From contig NW_026864560.1 of the NCBI RefSeq assembly GCF_026571515.1, positions 248,001-312,000 on the forward strand: a stretch of DNA of 64,000 bases, given 5' to 3'. Shown here piece after piece: positions 39,535-51,887 of the stretch. Each line of letters opens with the position of its first letter. The stretch's first letter is position 1. A program made the translations under genes and the position numbers. This DNA is from Ruditapes philippinarum. Taxonomy: Eukaryota. The notes beneath the pieces were generated by a model that saw only the letters and a program-made list of their open reading frames with translations, made no database searches and had not been told where the DNA came from.

Positions 39535-41532
39535 ATGTTTATTTTGCCGATCTTTCTTGTAACCTTGGTTACTATAAATGATGCTCAATGTGGCACTGCG
39601 CAACATGACGTATATGAGCGTCTTCTTTCCTTAGAGAATAAATGTAAGTTATTTGTTGTTTTGCTCTTCATTTTTTTCGTGTTGTACAATTTTATATAGA
39701 ACATAGAATATTAATGTCAACCTCTTGTCTCTATCGTACATGTCAACAAATTACATTCGACTATGTTGTGCGATTTAGCGCTTCAGTGATCGAGTAGTTA
39801 AGGACACTGACCTCAGCTCACTTGTGTATTCTGCTGTAGATTCGAATCTCACCTGGGATCTTTGATTAATTTGCCTATAGCAAGGGGAAAGTATTTGAAG
39901 TCAAAGAACTCAAGAACTTGGTCAAATCTGATAATGTCATAATTGAAATAACAAATCAAAAGGTTTTGTTTATGATTTTTAATCATACATTGCTTAAGGG
40001 AATATATTTGTTTGCAAATAATAAAAAAAAATATTCTTGTGCACTTGTACAGATAGAAATTTCATTCTTGATGTATTGAACTTGCAAATCAAGTGCCGAT
40101 AAATAAATGAAAGAAATCCATTTAGAAATATCAACTGTTTTCTTTGAGCATCAATACTAAAACTGTATTTATTATGATATGGATTGTATTTTGCAGTTGA
40201 AAGACAAGCATTGCGGATAAGGACTCTCGAAAATACTGTTTCAGCACAGGAAAAGACAATAGCCGAACTATCCGAGAGAGCAGCTTCACAGGACAATGAC
40301 AAACAGATAGTTGAGCATGAGCTATACGAACTGAAACTGAAAACAATGAAATATGAGCGCAAAATAAAGCGTCTTGTGAAAATTTTGAGGCAGCCACGGA
40401 TGCAAACAAACGGTGAATCCAGTAAACCTAATAATGATATCGTAAAGGCTAGTCGGATACGCAGAGATGACAGAGTAACTGGTAAAACACGTGACATCAT
40501 TTAAGCTATACGTTAATTCATTAACACAGTGTTAAATGTATTTGATAGGACAATTTGCTGTAAACAAGTCTTAACAGAATATGAATTCTTTGCAAAAAAT
40601 AATGTCTTCAGATTAATTGCAATCTAACTATCCAAGTGGACGCCATTTGGAGAAAAATTTTTGATATTCTCACAATAAACAATACTAAAGTGATTACTTT
40701 TTGGGAAACACTTATATTTGTAAAATTCCGATAAGGTAGTGGCGCATTTCTAAAATCTTTATATAACACATTTTAAATAACAATCTAATAGTTTTAGGCG
40801 GACGAATTATTAGATGTTTATATTTGCTTAAAACTATAGGAATATATGATGTTTTTTTTTGTTGGTTGTTTTTTTTTTGCAAAAAGATTTCTTCAAGTAT
40901 AATAAGAATATGAAAGCAATGTTGTTGCGCAGGTTTTGAAATATTTGTTGTATACTTCACAAGTTAAAGCTTTACACCCAATATTTGAAGTACTTTTTCT
41001 TTAAACTATATAGTCATGTCACGCAGTCAATAAAACAGACAGTTTTTATACATGTCTACTGTTTGTCAAAGTTTCATCTTTTGTAGATGGAAAGAAAAGA
41101 TTTGTTTTGGATACTCTAGAGACAGTTGCATTTGAAGCTACAATCGCAGCAGTGAAGTTTGTACAACACAACAACATTCACGACAGGGTCGTTTTTGATG
41201 ACGTGTCTCTCAATGTAGGAAACGGGTACAACGCCGCAAATGGAACTTTCATTGCACCAGTAGGTGGAATTTATGTCTTTTCCACGTCAGTTATGATGAA
41301 TGGCGGCAACACTCAAGATCTGAATATGCACGTTATTCTTGAAAAAAATAATGCTGAGATTGCAGGTGCATTTGCTTATAACCAAGGTCAATATGAGCAT
41401 AGTTCTGTGACGGCTACGATGGATCTTAAGGCCGGTGACACCGTGACTGTAACTGTTGAACGTCATAATGATCTAACATTCTACGGCGATAGATTGACAA
41501 GTTTCACCGGATTTCTATTGTATAGTTATTAA
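39535..41532 (+). CDS. Secreted C1q-domain-containing protein (signal peptide, coiled coil, globular C1q), 3 exons, about 279 aa
   Basis: Exons 39535-39643, 40197-40481 and 41087-41532 (both introns phase 1, GT-AG). Signal peptide MFILPIFLVTLVTINDAQC; heptad-rich exon 2; gC1q motifs VAFEA, VVFDDVSLNVGNGYN...GTFIAPVGGIYVFS, LKAGDTV, SFTGFLL. AATAAA follows the stop. Confidence 0.92.
39778..39865 (+). mobile_element. SINE head fragment in C1q gene intron 1
   Basis: gtgatcgagtagttaaggacactgac...ctgctgtagattcgaatctc matches the SINE tRNA head. Confidence 0.6.
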
Positions 41533-43923
41533 TAAATAAACTCCTGATCGGTTATCATTGTTGCTTTATTTCAATGTGAACCCAACTGAAACGTTAGCGG
41601 AACTACTTTTCAGTTAAGTTAGACAAATTGAGCACCAGCAACTCTCACTTTATCCATCTTGTCAGTCTGCTATTAGACATGCTTTTGTAGGTTAGATTGA
41701 CATAAAATAAATACAAAACAAAACAAAACAAATGAACCCAGATACCATATGAAGAGATTTTTGATATTTCAAAGATAAACCTACATGTATCAATAGATAT
41801 AAGTACTTATACAATACATGTAAGCATTGAAAAATATAAACTTACATAACAAAGATATTTGATACCGTGAAAGAGTGGATATTTTCGGAGTTACCAGGCT
41901 TTAATAATATATCAAACCCAATTATATAAATGATGGAATTGCTTTTGATGGATGAATGATACGGCCAAATTTCCATAATATCTTTGATAGGCTTGACTTA
42001 GAGATACGGCGTCATTTGTTTCGTTGTTTACTTATGATATAATGTTATGTTATTTTCTGGATTTAGCAAATGACGACAGATGTTGACATGAAAATCAAGA
42101 CACAACCAATTTGGCAGAACCTTTTAACATTGATTATATTTTGTTTCTTACTCGTTTGTTAATTTCATAAACGTTAAAGGAACTTCACTGGGGTCCAATA
42201 GCCTAAAATCATAAAATCTTAATTTCTTTCAGAAAACAACTGGTGCACTTAAAACAGAAAACTATGCAATTGTTAATATTTGAATATATTCGGTATTCAA
42301 ATACAGTGTAATAATCGATTTTTATGCAATGTTTACCCTAATTGAGTGAAAAGCGTTGCATCGATTTCCATTTTAAATAGGGTCAATTTGCACAATAAAA
42401 TTGATTATCTGTGGGAAACGAAGTGTGCGAATAATTATAAATTTTGAACACGAGTTATTCGTCCAGACCTATATCCGGTTAAACAAAAACTCTTGAAAAC
42501 ATCTGCGGCCCCGTCATGTCAAATAAACTTAGTGGAGTCACTTTATTGTTTTGCATATCAATATGAGGATATGATGAGTCTTTCATTATCAAACATATCT
42601 GTATTCTCTCTTTATCTAACTTTTATGTTTACATTAATATCCTAACTCTCCATCCAGCCAGGATCCTGTCATTTTATGGCAAGGCAATTACTTTTATTAA
42701 TCAATTGTCACTGAAGAAATATACACGGGTGATTACCATAATTATGGTAAGAATAACACGCGATGATTTTATAGTGTGACTGTTGATACGATAAACAACC
42801 CAGTAAAGTAATGAGCAGAAATTAGTAAACATTTAATGGAACAACATCACTAGGGAGGTGTTCATTGTAATGTTTACCTCGTGTCCCATCTATTAGCTTT
42901 TGTATCCCCATGTATACCCCATTTTTGCATTATTTAACAAACTTTCATTATTTATGTATGCTAGATGGCTATATATAACATTCAATGTCTTTCACTGGAT
43001 TAAAACTTTCATCGCTTCAATACAATGATCCTGAGGGACTCAACAGGACATTATCATCTGTTTAGGGAGTCTTAAAAGCTATTCCATATCAATCAATTAT
43101 AGCCTGTAGTGCTTTGGGGTTTTAATTGAGATTGTGTGCTGTAGTTTAAAATTACATTACAAGCAATTTGAATTCATTTGGATCTGAATCAGCAAAAAGG
43201 TGAGCTTTAGTTCGTAGGAGTACAGTTTTTGTTTCTAGGTATAACAATTCGTTTAGAATAAACAAAATATAAAATGCTTTGTTTAAAGTAAAGAATGACA
43301 CTTGAGATAATATTTGAAAATAAAATATACAAATGTTTATTGTATAGATACTATATTGGATATGTCGTCAGACTCGATTTAGTTTGACATTGTATGCTCA
43401 ATTCAAATACTTTCTTTTAAAATTATATATTTTTTCCTGTTAAACAATTGGGTGGGAAGTTTTAATTTTACAAACTCCCTGTTTTGATATATAATCAAAG
43501 AATGTTTACTCCCAACATTGTTTCGTATGATATTTTCAGCATTGTTACACTACAGAGGGATTGAAACCACTTTTATGAGCGTAAACTGTGTAAAATGATT
43601 TAAAGATATTCCTAAGTGAATTTTGAATCTTCAGTTAATAAGAGAATCAAAACCTCAAAATATTATAACAGCAAAACGAATAATTTATAATTGACCAAAG
43701 TTCACATGAACACGTAGGCAAGTCATTGCTTTTATCAAAAAGTCCATAATAATACCAACAGTTAAAACATTCATTGTGTATACTGCATCGAGAAGCTGTA
43801 TGAAAAAACATACTCTTGTTCTTAAATACCTTGAAAGTAAGTTAAAATTCTTCGTACTAAAAAGGTAATGCTTGAAGCTTAATATACATATAAACATATA
43901 TATGTTTGATATTATCTTTGCAG

Positions 43924-44991
43924 ATGGAAATAACAGCACTATTTACAACAGCAAGAACAGATATCGGCGCGCATGATAACGCATCTCCTCTTTTTACATT
44001 GTCTAAGGCAACGGAAAGCACAAATGTCACTGATGGCAAGAAATGTTTAAATACAATGTACATTTATGAATCTTCAGCTTTGTTTCAAAAATACTCATTA
44101 CCATACATCACAGCCGTTGGAATACCTGGAAACATACTGTCTTTTCTTGTGTGGGTTAGACCACACATGCTAAATTCATCTGGTGTTTACCTTGCGGCAT
44201 TGGCCATTGATCATTTATCATATTTAGTTCTATACTCAATTTATAATCTTGAAATGCGATGGGGAGTAAGACTTTTAAGTTTTCCTGGATTATGTGAAAT
44301 TTTCACCGTCCTTTATTACTTCTTTCAGTATATGGACCCGCTTCTTGTGTCAGCATTTAGTGTGGAACGCTACATTTCTATTTATCATCCATTTAAACGG
44401 ATCAAATACTGCACAAAGAAGAAGGCAACCATTTTCACACTGGTTTTAGGTGTATTTTCTGCTTTGCTCAGTGCAATTCAAGGCTACTTCTGGTATTATG
44501 AAGAAAATACGTGTTTTATCCGAAGTGAGGTTTTAATTGGGGGTCAAGGTTCAGTATGGCAAGTTTGGGCGATCATAACTGAACTGCTGTCGTTTTTTAT
44601 CGTACCAATGTTCGTACTGCTTTTAAATATTCGTCTACTGCGTTACATCAGTAACAAACAAGGCCAGAATTATTGCGGATCTGAAAAACAGCATACAGCA
44701 AAGAAGTCGTCTGCACACACGACCTTATTACTCTATGTCTCATACTATTTTATACTGACAACTTTACCAGTATCAGTAATTTATCTGTTGCAGCTATATT
44801 TTTTGTCAGAGCAAGACTGTACAGTGCACTTATTATATACAAGTAAAATTATAATTGAAACTATTGAAAAAACACATTTTGCACTGAATTTCTTTATATA
44901 CTTCACCACAGGAGCAATGTTTAGGGAGGAAACAAAACTTTTGTTAAAAATAAACAGAGTCCAACCTGCTGACGTATACATTATCCCATGA
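43924..44991 (+). CDS. Class A GPCR, paralog 2, 355 aa
   Basis: Same motifs as paralog 1 (GIPGN, SVERY, ALNFFIY). The ATG immediately follows the acceptor tctttgcag. Confidence 0.93.
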   Translation: MEITALFTTARTDIGAHDNASPLFTLSKATESTNVTDGKKCLNTMYIYESSALFQKYSLPYITAVGIPGNILSFLVWVRPHMLNSSGVYLAALAIDHLSYLVLYSIYNLEMRWGVRLLSFPGLCEIFTVLYYFFQYMDPLLVSAFSVERYISIYHPFKRIKYCTKKKATIFTLVLGVFSALLSAIQGYFWYYEENTCFIRSEVLIGGQGSVWQVWAIITELLSFFIVPMFVLLLNIRLLRYISNKQGQNYCGSEKQHTAKKSSAHTTLLLYVSYYFILTTLPVSVIYLLQLYFLSEQDCTVHLLYTSKIIIETIEKTHFALNFFIYFTTGAMFREETKLLLKINRVQPADVYIIP

Positions 44992-47900
44992 TCGGTCGTG
45001 GGGCATGTAACGGAACGAATATAGATGAAACAGTCCATGTCTTTTTGTGCACGTACTGCTTTTGATAATTTCATAAAATACAACTCACAGAGGAGAACCC
45101 GATGTTACATAATAGCGTCAGTAAACAGGATACCACTGGAACAGTTTGCTATTAAACAGGAACAAACCTTTGTATGGAAGTTCAAAGAGAAAAAGTGTAC
45201 ATTTTTGCGTGACAAGTGTACATTTTTGCGTGACATGTAAACATAATTCTGGTTTTCCTTTTAACGTTTATCACTTCTTTTTGAGATGCTTGAATAATGT
45301 TTCCTAAAGTATTTTTTTGTCATTCTGTTTTGCTATGATTTTGCTATGATTATTAAATCAGGAATAAGAAGACGTTTTGTCTTCAGTTAGCATTCAAAAT
45401 AGTAAACTCGTGTACGATTTCAAACACCATTTCGACGCCGTCTGTGCGTATATATTGCTAAATTTCTTGCAAAATTCCTCGTTTGGACAATAAATGACAT
45501 ATAATTATCTGCCTTAACGGACAACAACATGAACAAAGAAATGACATGTGGGCTAGTGACCTGAGGTCAACGATCTTTACAAGTCATGCATTCCAATTGA
45601 CATTACTTCAGGGAAGGGATCGCTCCGCCCACTGATTCACGTGACCCGGTAAAAATACGGTACCGATGTATTTACACTAATGTTACCAATGAATTTACCT
45701 TATATAAAGTTTGTGTATATAAAATTTTGATGCTTCTAATATTTTATTGAATAGTAGATATATTATTCAATGTATAAATGTATTATGGTATTTCAAAAAA
45801 GGGGGGAAAATATATGCATTCATGTAATAATAACGCATGAAACGTTTTCCAAAGATCGTGTTATTTCTTGTTGATTTCAAATGAAAATTTAAAACTGACA
45901 GAATATCATTATATCTTACAAATTCAAAGAGATATTATATGTAGAAAAGTATATGATTATGTTATGATCGTTTTATTTTGAAATTGAATTAGCGAAACAA
46001 AAACAGTAAAGTTATATTAGTGACACAAATTAATTTAAAATCATTTTTCGGGTTTTATGTGTGAAATTCAGTTTAAATAATACATTAATTTGTTTATGAA
46101 TTGTTAAAATTGATTCAGAAAATTGCATGTCCTTGCTTACTTTTTATGATATGTGATTATGTATTGTTAACATATATTTGATATGATTCACGACAAAATA
46201 CAACGTTATTCTCTTTAAAATAAGCTTCACATCAGATATGATGTTATTGGTATAAGTTTCGTATTAAGCAGATCTATTTGAATATTTAATGTTAATTTAT
46301 TGAACTTGAATAGAAATATTCAGGTAAGATAATTTCACCCACTCTTTGGCTGTATTTACTCATTATATTTGCATTTTTACGGCTGCGTTTTTACTGACGC
46401 TATACGTAATAAACGAAAAAATGTCATATCTTCTGGATATTCTAGGACCTGGTAATATGCAATGTGATTATCAATAGAAAGAATGGAAATAAAAAAGTGG
46501 ATTTGTTTAAACCGTTTCATTTTTCAATGCATTGTATTATAGCCAGGATAAGTGTTTCGTACTTATTATTTCCATATGTAGGAAATTATTGACTTTTTGT
46601 ATACATGTACTCGATCTGTCAATACGTCAGTATATTTGGTAACTTAATTAATATATCGATAAAAAGCTTTAAATTGACAGAAAATTAAAATAATTTCAAT
46701 CTAAATTACTTCTGCACCATTGTCTTAGACAAGTAGCTTGTCTTAGGAACAGACATTTTAGCGTGGAACTGATAACGATTGCTGATTGGCTTATTTCTGT
46801 GACCCCTGCCAGTTTGATTGACAGGCGGCGTAATGTCAATTTTACAGATTTAATCTTTTTCTAGTTTTAAACCATAACTGATTAAATTGATAAAAAATCT
46901 ATTAGGAAAGGAGAGCAGTATTTATCATTGTACCACAGGAAAACACCTAAACAAGGACCAGTACCAAGCCATTTACATCGGCATATCTGTACATGTATTT
47001 ATACAAACATTGTTTTGTTTTCGTTCATTCATAATAATGCTATCCTAATTTTTATTTTATTGTTATTTGATAGAATGATGACTTTTATGAACCGCCCTTA
47101 AACGGCCGGCAAATTTGAGCCTGTTTATCGACAGTAATAGTGAAAACAAGCATGCATACTTAAGCATCGGCTCAAGCGAAATTCAAAACTTATAAATGGC
47201 AAAGTGAGAATGCAGGTGTATTCGTACGGTGGTAGTCATAGAACCTTCTGTGTGAAAGCAATATATGACCCCCATTTCCCTAAACAAGAAAGTAATGAAC
47301 CGAACTACCTTAATTAAATTTTGAAAAGTGAAAGGTGTTCAAAGGTTATGAAGCCAAGTAAAAATGGCTGAAAATATAAAAAAAAACTAAAGTCTGTTGA
47401 TCACGTAGCCACTAAAACTTCAGAGTTTAACAATCAAATATGAATTACCCGTATAACACTAATATTTGGTATCTTATATGTCATTATTTGATATACAGAC
47501 TGTTTATAAAGCTAAGCCCTTATCATATATACCAATAATTCATATAATATAACACCTAATATCAAAATTAAAACAACAAATGAAATCTTTATTGTCGAAA
47601 TATTTGAAGTAAGATTACAACGATTTTATATAATATTGTTTGTTCAATTGGCGTATTTTTTGTTGTTATTAAAATAATACGACCCAGAAGATTTATTTAA
47701 ATAACGGTGCTAATAATGATATGGATATAATGATAAAAATAAGATATAACCAGTTTTATTAAAACCATTAAAAATACAAAATCTTCATAACTGTTTTTAT
47801 TAAAACAATATCTGAAAAGATAAGTACCGAAAAATTGTGTTTAGATGGAAATAAATTGTTTCTATATTACTCGTATATTTATTAAATTGAGAAAAATTCG

Positions 47901-49518
47901 GAGCAATTGTTTTTTGAATTACAGATTTGGAAAATAATACAAGCAATGTAGTTCAAAATATTACCTGCTTTTATTACAACTAGAGTCTAAATGGAGTTAT
48001 TACAACCACTCACGCATTTACATTAACCAATCAAAACGATCACTTATCTGCTATTTAATGTGAATTATGTGTGCTTACTTCTCACACAGTGGCTAAACTG
48101 TGCTCTGGTGATTTTGAAGTGCCTTACTGCCGTGAGTCTAAACTACAAACACCGCCACCACCGAACTATACACTATTCAGTCGTACTACGCGGAAATCTC
48201 TAAATTGGAAATCTGGAATAAATCGAAATTTATCGAAAGGTAATATAATTCTTATAAGTCTATTTATAAGTCTTTTATAGTTTCCTTTACAATAGAGAAT
48301 ATATTGTGGACTATAAGACTTTTAAAAGATACCACTACTGGTACTGCAAATTATTTTTTGTGAATTGTGTATCAAGTTTAACGAAAGATGTAACAATGTT
48401 GCCTTGTTATAATATTTAAGGCACATTAAGCCTGAATAATTATATATTTGTGAAGAAAGAGTAAATATATGTTTCATTATGTTGTGATAATGGATTTATC
48501 AGAGAAGAAAATAGCGCTTAGTATGTAATTATTTGTGATAAGGTAGTCAAAAGCAAACAAAGTAGTATTTTGACTTCCATACAAAATACTAAATCACTAC
48601 AACAATTCTAATAGCTAAACAACTAAAGAAGCAAATTTGGCTACGCTGTATGGCTAATGAGCAACATTTTGGAATTTTTAACAGAATATCAAAGATTTTT
48701 TGTGTTTTTTTTTTAAGTAAAAAGTAGCATTTTTTGGTTTAAATTAGATATTACATTTATGGGATTTGGATTGATATAATTTTGTTTTGAAATATAAATC
48801 GTATGATATACATGTAGTATAAAATTTCTCAGTCTTGTTGTTTTTGTATTTTAAAGGTGATATAGACAAGGTCACAAAACGTTCCAAAATGAAATATATA
48901 ATTGCATGTATAAGCATAGTAAGCGGTGATTGAGGTAAAGGCCCAGTAGGCCCCGAAAAAAAACCCACATTATTTCTCAAGACAAAACGTCTCATTTTAA
49001 ACATTTTGCTACATTTACTACAATGCTAATTTCTTCGCCTGACAAGTATCTAATTAACATGCCCTTAATACATTATTTAAACATCAGAAAAGGACACAAT
49101 TTTATTTATTTCAAAACTACATGTGCCTTTAAAACAACATTTTGATTAGGAAATCTATTGAATCGAATTTGTTAAGTGTGTGTTTTAGTATGCTTTTGAT
49201 AAAGTTCAATGAAAATTCTAAGCATTTCAGACAGTCAAATATTCCGTACCTTTTACCAATGTTTCCAAGTTTATTCATACAAAAGAAGTACAAAATCCCA
49301 CACATATCAGGCGAAGCGCCGGTGATTTTGAAGTGTTGAAGGTATCCCTTTCGTAAATCTACTTTTACGAATACATCATGACTATTACAGATTAAAGTTC
49401 TGTCTTTAATTATACATGTATGTGTTATATTTTTTTATTTTACAAACAAATCTTGAAATTCTCTTGAATTGAAGGAAATACTGTAGACTGTGCACATGTT
49501 GTGTCTGATTTTTTTCAG

Positions 49519-50556
49519 ATGGAAAATCTGACAGATAATGCTACAACAACACAATTTCGCGCAGACGAGAATACGTCCTCTAGCGCACAACATATGACGT
49601 CAACGGAAACATTAAATATCACCAATGACAATACTTGTTTGCATGCCATTGAAACTCTGTACTTTGCAACTTTGTTTCGAAAATACTTTGTACAGTGTAT
49701 TTTTGCGGTTGGAATTCCTGGAAACTTGCTTGCTTTCCTAGTTTGGATTAGACCACGCATGCAGAATGCGTCCGGTGTTTACCTCGCTGCATTATCACTG
49801 GTTCATTTAGTTTTTCTACACCTTTATCTGATCCTCATTGTTGAAATTTACTGGGGGATTCGGCTCTTAAGTTTTCCAGTTATATGTGAAGTTTTCCCGA
49901 TCTTTTTCTATTTTTTCCAGTACATGGATCCCCTTCTAGTATCGGCGTTTAGTGTGGAACGCTATATTTCTATATGCCACCCTTTAAAGAGGCTCTATTT
50001 CTGCACACAAAAGAAAGCAATTATTGTGACAATTATATTAGGACTTCTCTCTGCTTGTCTCAGCGCGATTCATGGCTATTTCTGGTCGTATGAAGATGGT
50101 GTGTGTATCATCCGGGATGAGGTTTTAGTCGGGGATGAACATTCACTCTTTGTAATTTGGGCGTACATGACTGAAATATTCTCGTTTTTTGTTTTGCCAT
50201 TGTTTATAATGATTGTTAATATTCGCCTATTGTATTACATCAGTTATGAACGGCATAATGATATTGGCGCGTCTGAAATACACAACACCGCTAAGATGTC
50301 GTCTGTCCATACTATCGTGCTACTGTATGTCTCATTAGTTTTTGTTCTGAGCACTTTTCCGGTGTCAGTTATGTATGTGTTAAACTTTTACTTCAGAACG
50401 AAGCAAGGATGCACATATATCTTGTTCTCTGTGGGTAAAATTATGATTGAAACTGTCGGACAAATTCATTTTGCTGTGAATATATTTATATATATTACTA
50501 CAGGGACCGTTTTTCGGTCAGAGACGAAATCTTTGTTCAAATTATGCATTAGGTAA
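49519..50556 (+). CDS. Class A GPCR, paralog 3 (most divergent), 345 aa
   Basis: GIPGN, SVERYISICHPL, AVNIFIY. The ATG immediately follows the acceptor tttttttcag. Confidence 0.93.
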   Translation: MENLTDNATTTQFRADENTSSSAQHMTSTETLNITNDNTCLHAIETLYFATLFRKYFVQCIFAVGIPGNLLAFLVWIRPRMQNASGVYLAALSLVHLVFLHLYLILIVEIYWGIRLLSFPVICEVFPIFFYFFQYMDPLLVSAFSVERYISICHPLKRLYFCTQKKAIIVTIILGLLSACLSAIHGYFWSYEDGVCIIRDEVLVGDEHSLFVIWAYMTEIFSFFVLPLFIMIVNIRLLYYISYERHNDIGASEIHNTAKMSSVHTIVLLYVSLVFVLSTFPVSVMYVLNFYFRTKQGCTYILFSVGKIMIETVGQIHFAVNIFIYITTGTVFRSETKSLFKLCIR

Positions 50557-51887
50557 ACGAACATTTGGACCTTGACGCCTTTACAATCTTATTTCCTTGT
50601 TTTAGTTACCTTACAAATATTTTATGTTGCTAACAGTTAATGCACATATATTTGCTTTAAGGTTACATTATGAAGTTAAATCAGAAAAGTACTGTGCTTG
50701 TTTATCAAAACATGACAAAAATCAAAATAACCCTTCATTATAAAATAGAGATAAATAAAGAATCCCTAAAGGAAGCCCAACAAGACAAAATTTAAAATGT
50801 TGCAGGCTCAGTTTGCATTGCGTCTGTTCATAGACGGTAATGGAAGGTGCAGGTTACCGTCCACGCCCCCTAGCACCGGCTTAAGCAGAATCCAACATTT
50901 AATCATGGTAATTGTCAAATTTTGAATTTAGAAACATCCGCAGATGTGTTGTGTTCATACGGCGGTTATCATGTAAACTTCAATGTGACATTCCATGAAA
51001 AGCGGCGTATAGTCCCCAAGTAACCGAATGTGTGTGCCCCAAACGAGAAAACAATGGGCGGAACTAAATAAAACGTAATTTTGAAAGGGGATTAGAGGTT
51101 ATGGAGAGTGCATATCACAGATATGAGGAAAAAAGACAGATTTTAAAAGCAGGCAACATATCCTTTGGGTGATTCGGTGATTTGTTATCAGACAAATACT
51201 GATATCTCGACGAAGAGAAACAGCAAGGACCTACATGCTGGTACCGGGTAACAAAGGGACTTCTTAATAACAAATTAACAAGAAAACATGAAATCGATGT
51301 CGCTAAAAGAAATACCCGAATTATTAGATTTGTTATTTTCTAGAAACTGTTTTTTTTGTAAGTACATGTATTTTATTCAAAAGTGTTGTTTTTGTAACAA
51401 AGTCTGTATGTGTGAGCTGATTGTGATGAATTTTAATATATTGATTTGTCTATATTGCCTATGGCATTTACATCAATGTTTACCCTATGAATGTCTTTGA
51501 ATAATTCTTTTATGAATTTTTTCATGTACTGTCAGTCGTTATTATAGCGTATTGTTTCAGTAATGTCTTCTAAATGTGTGTAATACTGTGATAATTTTGT
51601 AACTATATATACTTTAAAAGTAACCGCAAATAAAAAATATCCCTGAAATCTTTTTTGTCTGAGCTTGTATTATAAATCAAAATTGTGTCTTGTAATGAAT
51701 AATTCCTCTCTCTTACACTTTAACGCCAACTTATTTATATAATCGTTTGCATGTCCAAAACGTACCAAGTAACAAGAAATCAACGAAAATCATTTGCCCT
51801 AATCGATTTTAGTGTACATGTATTATTTTCTTTGAAAGTAACGTGATGAATAAAATAATTATTTTGTATACAGCATTAAGAAATGAA

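Noticed and set aside
39994-40500. 168-aa and 92-aa minus-strand ORFs
   Set aside because: They are antisense to exon 2 of the C1q gene.
50790-51260. GC-richer segment downstream of GPCR3
   Set aside because: I could not identify an ORF, termini or RNA structure; likely an unrecognised repeat fragment.
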